This document shows positions 58,797 through 64,000 of a stretch of DNA of 64,000 nucleotides, in pieces; the stretch's first letter is position 1, and the number at the start of each line of letters is the position of its first letter. Made by a program: the position numbers and the translations under genes. Source of the stretch: Amoebidium appalachense (Eukaryota > Protista > Ichthyosporea); assembly GCA_963693365.1 (NCBI GenBank), contig CAVNZM010000011.1, positions 7,615,937 to 7,679,936 on the forward strand. The letters are read 5' to 3'. The notes beneath the pieces are model-generated. The model worked only from the letters and a program-made list of their open reading frames with translations. It was not told the DNA's origin and did not search any database.

Positions 58797-63201
<4,405 letters not shown>

Positions 63202-63430
63202 CTGTGAAAGTGTAAAAGAAAATGGGGTGTTAGTGGGGTGGTAGAATGACTTTTGGTGGTGCAAATGGAATGTGAATTTTGTGGGAATGTATCGGGTATT
63301 CTTGTATGGGGTATTCTTGTTAATGTGCACAGAGAATTTATGCATAAATATATAGATACATAGATGAATAATACAAGTTTACTTACAACCATAGGTACAT
63401 TTAACTAGTTTTGTGTGTTTTTGTGTGTGT

Positions 63431-63541
<111 letters not shown>

Positions 63542-63617
63542 CATGAGTGTGTGTGTGAATGTGCGCGTGCGTGCGTGCGTGCGTGTGCATGTGCATGCGT
63601 GCGTGCGTGCGTGCGTG

Positions 63618-63707
<90 letters not shown>

Positions 63708-64000
63708 GTGTGCGTATGCACGTGTGTGTGTGTCTGTGCCTGTGCCTGTGTGTTCATTGTAAGGCAAAAAGGGCCGAAGACTTAATCAACTCTGTGCATG
63801 GAGAAGTGGGTTGGTAATTGGTCTTTAGTGAGATTGCAAACATGCGGGAACAAAGGATATTTACCCAAGCACTGGTTGTAAGGTAACAAGAACTTCATTA
63901 GAACAAGAATGAAAAGCAAGGGGCAAACCTGCTTATCAATGTGTGATGTATGTGTGTGCGTGCATGGGTGGACGCATGTGCAATCATGTGTGCACATACG

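Overview
Eukaryotic genomic window whose left ~54.5 kb looks like an endogenous giant-virus (Nucleocytoviricota-like) element. It abuts intron-rich host DNA containing the 3' half of an SRP68 gene (minus strand, 58.8-63.2 kb). 1-34.9 kb is gene-dense and intronless. It contains two penton/minor-capsid-like proteins, a G9/A16-like entry-fusion membrane protein, an aquaporin, a Nudix hydrolase, a RuvC/A22-like resolvase, two clan-CE-like cysteine proteases, an SF3 helicase, a C2H2 zinc finger, a decayed amino-DNA methyltransferase, three PD-(D/E)XK paralogues and a family of Bro-N-like genes. That family shares one promoter-plus-N-terminus cassette but carries different C-terminal domains. At least 8 genes share a GGTATAAA-N24-26-CA(G/T)T core promoter. 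Two related repeat arrays at 11.6 and 34.2 kb lie within diverged direct repeats. 35-54.5 kb still carries virus-type ORFs, but it is invaded by host-style poly-C/CA satellites and holds a spliced KDM4-like JmjN/JmjC demethylase gene with an altered Fe-binding motif. A hairpin-rich stretch at 54.1-54.6 kb is the candidate virus-host junction. Many ORFs are frameshifted at homopolymers, which may reflect decay or sequencing error. All family assignments come from motif recognition by eye; no searches were run.
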